From contig JAJYEJ010000001.1 in assembly GCA_021785805.1 (NCBI GenBank), positions 1,940-65,939 on the forward strand: a stretch of DNA of 64,000 bases, in the 5' to 3' direction. Made by a program: the position numbers and the translations under genes. The notes beneath the pieces were generated by a model that saw only the letters and a list, made by a program, of their open reading frames with translations, made no database searches and had not been told where the DNA came from. This document shows, piece after piece, positions 59,096 through 64,000 of this stretch (the first letter of the stretch is position 1; each line of letters opens with the position of its first letter). The stretch comes from Candidatus Micrarchaeota archaeon. GTDB lineage: Archaea > Micrarchaeota > Micrarchaeia > Micrarchaeales > Micrarchaeaceae.

Positions 59096-59944
59096 CTATT
59101 TATATGTTTCTCTAAAGTTGTTATTTGTGAATACAAATTCGATTGACCGATATAAATCCTCTTTGTCTTTAGCGATATATCGCATCGTAGTTTCCGGTTT
59201 GCAATGTCTCGCGAATCTACTCGTCAGAACTACATTACCATTCGTCGATTTAGCAAATTTAGTAACCGCATAGTGGCGCAGACTATGTGTCGTTAATCTA
59301 TGTAAAGCACGTTCTTTCTTATTCGGATAACTTTCTTCTGAATAGCCGTATATTGCATTGAGTCCAGCCTTCTGTACCGTTTCTCTGAATACCTTTCTAA
59401 CATAGTTCTGTTCTATGTACTGCTGTCTGTTGTGGTTATTGTCGTTCTCTTTGAAGAAGATATGTCCATCCGCTGCCTTTATCCCATCAGTATTCTTGTT
59501 GATAAACTCTATCGTATCTCTAAAGAGATCCACAGGTATCAACAAAGAATCCAATTTTCTTGACTTTTCGCTCATTATCGTCAGTTCCCTCTTCTCGAAG
59601 TCGATGTTGCTTACGTGCAACTTTGTGGCTTCTCCGATTCTGAGGCCCAGAAACGCCTGGAACTTGAAAAGAAGCCTGAACTTGTCGTTCTTCACGTTTC
59701 TGAGGAAATGCTGCAGCTCCATTTCCGTAAAACCCTTGTTTATGGTTCCATACTTTGTCTCTCTCGGCCTCCTGAACCTTCTTTCATAATTTTCTCTCAA
59801 GGTCTTTCTCAGCTGCTCAATCTGCCCTTTCGAGAACTGCCTGCTTGATGCGTCTACTTGCTCTAAAACCCTTCCGAAATCGAACCCGACATTCCCTCTC
59901 TTAAGCTTTAGGCGGGCCCGGCGGGATTTGAACCCGCGACCTAC
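59096..59944 (-). CDS. Tyrosine integrase, catalytic fragment Int(C); frame open back through att
   Basis: LGLRIGEA (R), SEKS (K), THSLRH (HxxR), ARH, TTMRY (Y); no stop between TTG 59800 and att. Confidence 0.92.
   Translation of the reverse strand, partial: VGRGFKSRRARLKLKRGNVGFDFGRVLEQVDASSRQFSKGQIEQLRKTLRENYERRFRRPRETKYGTINKGFTEMELQHFLRNVKNDKFRLLFKFQAFLGLRIGEATKLHVSNIDFEKRELTIMSEKSRKLDSLLIPVDLFRDTIEFINKNTDGIKAADGHIFFKENDNNHNRQQYIEQNYVRKVFRETVQKAGLNAIYGYSEESYPNKKERALHRLTTHSLRHYAVTKFAKSTNGNVVLTSRFARHCKPETTMRYIAKDKEDLYRSIEFVFTNNNFRETYK
59878..59895. repeat. 18-bp subterminal direct repeat, copy 2
   Basis: Identical to 55019-55036. Confidence 0.85.
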
Positions 59945-60025
59945 AGCTTTCTCCTTCTTTTGATTAAACCTTTTTCAAAAGTTCATTAGAAGGCTGCCGC
60001 TCTATCCAAGCTGAGCTACGAGCCC
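59913..60025 (-). tRNA. tRNA-Arg(TCT) with 38-nt intron (59949-59986) at position 37/38
   Basis: GGGCTCG/CGGGCCC acceptor; GCAGC-CT-TCT-A|intron|A-GCTGT; bulge-helix-bulge via CTTC/GGAG; TTCAAAT T loop. Confidence 0.95.
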
Positions 60026-60340
60026 ATATGCATGACAGTATATTCATTGGCAATATATTTATTATGCGGTGTCTGCCACTCTGGGCTTCGCACAAACATA
60101 TTTATTGATAGCCGATTCTAATACCTTCAACTGTACAGTGATAGAGTGGCAAATTATTCTTTTTAGGTCTTCATACAGAGGGCCAAACCAGAGGCCATAG
60201 ACTGGCAGAACTTCATAAATTCCGTGTTCCAGTTCGACATGGACTTTTCGCTTGAGATAGAGTTCGGTTCCGAGGTGAGCTTCCATCTCAACTCGAGAAA
60301 GGACCTTTCGCCACTTGCAACGAAGATCCTTCCTTTCGTG

Positions 60341-60670
60341 TTAAGGGCTGAGGATAGGAGCCCATGAATTGCTCACTGCGGAGAATATCGCTATGTGCCC
60401 CTTCTTCGTACTCTGATAGTAAGCGACAGTCGCAAGGACTACCAAGAAGCCGGTTATCAGGCCGAGTATCCAGTCGTATGCCGATATTGGCGCTGGCTTG
60501 TACAGAAACGCGAAGAACACCACTGCTATCATCACAAGTGCGAGTATCCTTGTGAGCATGACGGTCTCAAGGCTGCCTATCTTCCTCGATGTAAGCGGAC
60601 CCCAGTATGATGTCAAGCCCCAGGCTAGCATGGATATTATGCCGTATATCAGGGCAGATGCGAAAGGCAT
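60341..60670 (-). pseudogene. Truncated EamA/DMT family transporter
   Basis: IISMLAWG..YYQSTKKGHIAIFSAV; ends at 109 aa, before the last helix of the first EamA domain. Confidence 0.6.
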
Positions 60671-60708
60671 GAGCCTATTTATAGGCGAATATTATTAAGT
60701 TGGTGTCC

Positions 60709-61542
60709 TCATGTCCTGATGAAGCCTATCCCTGCGCCGGATTGGGGTTTGCGGACGTTAATCTTAAAGAAGCGCTTCGTGTTCATAGTAAGGACCTCCG
60801 CTGCCCGCTCCACGCTTATCATCTTTGCTTCGGCTATCATGTGGACCGATAGCTCCACGCTCTTCGGCGTAGGCCCTACCGCAGGGCTGTCGCTCTCCAC
60901 CATAAGGTTGTCTATTGATACCTCCTTCATGATGCGGGACCGCTTGCTGGAGGTTATCGGAGGTATCGATATCATGTAGCCGAGCCTCTCGGCCTCCTTT
61001 GCCTGCTGCACATTGCCCTCGAAGAAGTGGAGGTGGACCTTCTGTGCGTCTTTTGCCTTTAGCGTTTCCATTACGTCGTCAAGCGAATCTCTCGAATGGA
61101 CGCTGACCGGCAGCTTCAGCTCTGTCGCAAGATCGATGAACCTTTCGAATACAGTCCTCTGCTTTGCCACCAGATTGAAGTCTTTCGCATGGAGATAGTC
61201 CAGGCCTATCTCCCCTATGGATACCACCCTCGACCTGTTGTCCCTTATGAGCTTGATGTTATTCTCTATCTCGCTGTCGAGGTCATCATCAGGGGTCTGC
61301 ACCGCATTCTGCGGATCCATGCCGAGCGCAGGGAATATGTGCTTTCCGTCGCTTATCTCCAGCGTGCGCTTGTTGGTAGGAAAGCTCACCCCATTCGACA
61401 CCATGGTCATTATGCCGTGCGCTATCGCATCCTGTATTAGAGACTGGTCCTTTATCGCATCGAGATGGCAGTGTGCGTCAGCCATCTCATATAGCTGCTT
61501 GACATCCTTGACCGCTTTCCCCTCTACGATTTTTGTTGGCAT
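60709..61542 (-). CDS. tatD: TatD family DNase
   Basis: DAHCHLD, IGEIGLDY, VHSR, LHFF, ESDSP. Confidence 0.93.
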   Translation of the reverse strand: MPTKIVEGKAVKDVKQLYEMADAHCHLDAIKDQSLIQDAIAHGIMTMVSNGVSFPTNKRTLEISDGKHIFPALGMDPQNAVQTPDDDLDSEIENNIKLIRDNRSRVVSIGEIGLDYLHAKDFNLVAKQRTVFERFIDLATELKLPVSVHSRDSLDDVMETLKAKDAQKVHLHFFEGNVQQAKEAERLGYMISIPPITSSKRSRIMKEVSIDNLMVESDSPAVGPTPKSVELSVHMIAEAKMISVERAAEVLTMNTKRFFKINVRKPQSGAGIGFIRT

Positions 61543-61641
61543 GCTATCATTCGTGGAAAACCTGGTTTATATACCTTTCCGAGCCATACCATATTACAAG
61601 ATGCAGATTACTAGGTCTGCTTGTTCTGATATGGTGATGGG

Positions 61642-62661
61642 ATGCCAAAGAAGAGTTCAGATACGTATGGGTCAATGTTGAAGATGAACATGCTTTCTAT
61701 GCTGCTCAATATAATATTGGCCATAGCGGTGGTGGTTCTCGTGCTCGAGATACCGCATATAGGGACAACAGCAGGGAGCGGCTTGGTCAGCAGTCCAAGC
61801 CATAATTCGTCTGTGAACAACACCGGAACAAGCCAGTATTCCGGCACAACGGCGAACATAGACCAGCCATTGAACGCCACGGAACTCGCCGTGATAAACA
61901 ATGCACCGCTGAATTATTATGAGACTGCCGGCGAAATGCTGCTTAATGGAACCCTGACAAACCAGGTGGTCCTCGAACCGCCAAGCAAGGTCTCCCACTT
62001 CTCCCCATATCTGTTTGATGGAAAACCGTCGGTGATCTACGTTGGCGCGCTCTCGTGCATATTCTGCGGAGAGAACAGGTGGGCCATGGCGCTGGCGCTA
62101 GGCAAGTTCGGAACGTTCAACAACCTTTACAAAGGGTATAGCAGCTTTGGCGATGGTGATATACCTACGCTATACTTTAGCGCCTACAACTATACCACAC
62201 CAAGCGGTGCAGCATTCGGGAATAGCTACAACAGCAGCCTGATAAACCTGTTCACTGCGGACTATGAGTCCCCCGTTACGGCTGGTTTTGAGTTCCCGAG
62301 CACCGGCATACCATACTTCGTACAACATGCGCCTAACGCGACATACCGCTCAGCCATGGAGTTTATGAATAGCACGAATGAATTCAGCGGTACGCCTTTC
62401 TCGTACTGGGGCAATTCCATAGTGAATGGAGCTGATGCGGTAATCTTCGGAAATACGTCGCAAGGCGCAACGCTCCCGATAGCAGGCATGACTCATGCAC
62501 AGATATTGCAGCAGTTCAGGAGCTTCAATGACCAGTTCGCCTGGTCCGAATATGCCGCGGCCGATGTATACATAGCGTATACCTGCCCTTCTGTGAACAA
62601 CACCGCACAGGTGTGCTCTCTTCCGGCAATACAGACGCTTGAGAGCAGGCTCGGGGTGTAG
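61642..62661 (+). CDS. Membrane-anchored thioredoxin-fold protein (DUF929-like)
   Basis: N-terminal TM; GKPSVIYVGALSCIFCGENRWAMALALGKFG. Confidence 0.78.
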   Translation: MPKKSSDTYGSMLKMNMLSMLLNIILAIAVVVLVLEIPHIGTTAGSGLVSSPSHNSSVNNTGTSQYSGTTANIDQPLNATELAVINNAPLNYYETAGEMLLNGTLTNQVVLEPPSKVSHFSPYLFDGKPSVIYVGALSCIFCGENRWAMALALGKFGTFNNLYKGYSSFGDGDIPTLYFSAYNYTTPSGAAFGNSYNSSLINLFTADYESPVTAGFEFPSTGIPYFVQHAPNATYRSAMEFMNSTNEFSGTPFSYWGNSIVNGADAVIFGNTSQGATLPIAGMTHAQILQQFRSFNDQFAWSEYAAADVYIAYTCPSVNNTAQVCSLPAIQTLESRLGV

Positions 62662-62767
62662 TCGTTTCCGTCCGCGCGGCAGAGAGGCTGTGGCCATACG
62701 CTAACATGATTAGCCAAGAAACTTTCCAGGCAGCTGGTAGATCAACGAACCAATAACACGTGATGAC

Positions 62768-63583
62768 ATGGTTGAGGAAAAGCGAGAGGAGAAAGGGCCT
62801 GGTCCTGAGCTGCCAAAAGGAGCGCACCCGTCTTTTCTAAACACTATCAAGCAGAAGGAGCGCATCAGGGAAAAACTCTCTAAGATAAGACACAAGATAG
62901 GGGTCTACAGCGCTAAGGGAGGTGTTGGAAAGACCACCACCGCTGTCAATATCGCATTCACCCTTAGCAGGAAGGGCTTCAGAGTAGGGCTTCTCGATGC
63001 GGACATCGACTGCCCGAACGTCACGATGTTCCTCGGGATGGAAGACGCGAAGATGGAGCCAGTCATGCCGCTGCAACCGCTCACCAAGGAAGGCGTGAAG
63101 GTAGCATCCACGGCCATGCTAGTGGATGAGATAAAGAGACCTATAATCTGGAGAGGGCCGCTAGTGGCGAAGATGATAGGGGATTTCCTTGAGAACACGG
63201 AATGGGGAGAGCTCGATTATCTCATCGTGGACCTGCCGCCCGGGACCAGCGACTCTCCATTGTCGATAATGCAGCTCCTGAAGCTCGATGGGTTCGTCAT
63301 CGTGACGACTCCGCAACGCATAGCGTGCATCAACTCCATAAGGTCTGGCATGATGGCGAAGAGGCTCGGGGTATCGATCCTTGGCATAGTGGAAAACATG
63401 TCGGACAGGAAGGCAAGCAGAAACACCGAGGAAGTGGCAAAGAGCTTGGAAACGGAGCTCATCGGGGTGGTGCCCATGCAGCAGCGTCTTGCGACCCTCG
63501 CCGATGAGGGTAAGGTACCGGTCCTTTCCGAAGATGAGTTTTACGCAGTATACGGAAAAATCGTAGACAGGCTGCCGCGCTGA
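62768..63583 (+). CDS. Mrp/NBP35 family ATPase
   Basis: SAKGGVGKTT, LDADI, IWRGP, WGELDYLIVDLPPGTSD, VTTPQ, ENMS. Confidence 0.93.
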   Translation: MVEEKREEKGPGPELPKGAHPSFLNTIKQKERIREKLSKIRHKIGVYSAKGGVGKTTTAVNIAFTLSRKGFRVGLLDADIDCPNVTMFLGMEDAKMEPVMPLQPLTKEGVKVASTAMLVDEIKRPIIWRGPLVAKMIGDFLENTEWGELDYLIVDLPPGTSDSPLSIMQLLKLDGFVIVTTPQRIACINSIRSGMMAKRLGVSILGIVENMSDRKASRNTEEVAKSLETELIGVVPMQQRLATLADEGKVPVLSEDEFYAVYGKIVDRLPR

Positions 63584-63627
63584 TGCGAGCCTTACGAGAG
63601 GAACCCTCTCTGGAGCCCGAGGTAAGG

Positions 63628-63636
63628 TATAAATAC
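63628..63636 (+). promoter_or_regulatory. Probable rRNA promoter TATA box
   Basis: TATAAATA ~200 nt upstream of the 16S 5' end. Confidence 0.45.
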
Positions 63637-63831
63637 ATTTGCTATTAAAACTTCATTACCTATTCTTATGTTTCCATGGCGTAAAACGCCTTGGGCGAAC
63701 AATGAAGGAGGAGGTTCATTGCTGCTTGGCAATGGATACATGAAAATTCCTGTTTGGGATTGGATGTAGTCTTGAGAAGTGTTATAAGGAACCGCAACGA
63801 TTGTCTTTAATAAGCGGCAATCCAGCCATCG

Positions 63832-64000
63832 ACTCCAGTCGATGCTGCTGGAGGACACTGCTATCAGATTTCGACAGCCATGCAAGTCAGCTCAACGGCT
63901 TCGTTGGGCGGCGTACGGCTCAGTAACACGTAGTCAATCTACCGTAGAGAGGCGGATAACCTCGGGAAACTGAGGCTAATACACCATAAGCTAGAGCATC
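63832..64000 (+). rRNA. rrs: 16S rRNA 5' end (partial)
   Basis: ACTCCAGTCGATGCTGCTGGAGG..ACTGCTATC..AGCCATGCAAGTC..ACGGCTCAGTAACACG..GGATAACCTCGGGAAACTGAGGCTAATAC. Confidence 0.95.

Larger units (their letters stand above)
54920..59944 (-). mobile_element. ~5.0 kb integrative element in the 3' end of tRNA-Arg(TCT)
   Basis: Identical 35-bp flanking repeats, tyrosine integrase, visibly AT-richer than flanks, defence-like cargo. Confidence 0.93.

Noticed and set aside
62662..62767. Possible 5S rRNA or other RNA between the DUF929-like gene and mrp
   Set aside because: Only a small hairpin; no 5S motifs or closing helix

Overview
Archaeal chromosome segment, most consistent with Micrarchaeota (DPANN). 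The taxonomic call is an inference from the divergent 16S 5' end, the gene repertoire and the ATPase operon order. Most of the window is housekeeping: an A/V-type ATP synthase operon (K-E-C-F-A-B-D-orf-H-I), rtcB, trxA, hisS, cysS, valS, gltX, an ABC-2 exporter, a histone, a PRC-barrel protein, rpoP, the exosome/proteasome superoperon, gyrB-GNAT-gyrA, srp54, tRNA-Lys(CTT), intron-containing tRNA-Arg(TCT) and the start of 16S rRNA. The main accessory feature is a ~5.0 kb AT-rich element integrated in the 3' end of tRNA-Arg (35-bp att repeats at 54920-54954 and 59910-59944). Its tyrosine integrase gene is split by the att site and is restored in frame on excision (SSV-type). Its cargo is a divergent PRTase + DprA pair (ShosTA-like), a DUF262-HNH (GmrSD-like) nuclease, paired palindromic operators and two covarying hairpin repeats. 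Other oddities: a single-repeat 'half' TBP, an HD-hydrolase/bacterial-type CoaD fusion coupled to a P-loop kinase, a ~125-nt structured RNA candidate before an orphan HicB, a kink-turn-like motif in the ATPase leader, and several enzymes with degenerate catalytic motifs. All family calls come from motif recognition; no database searches were run.
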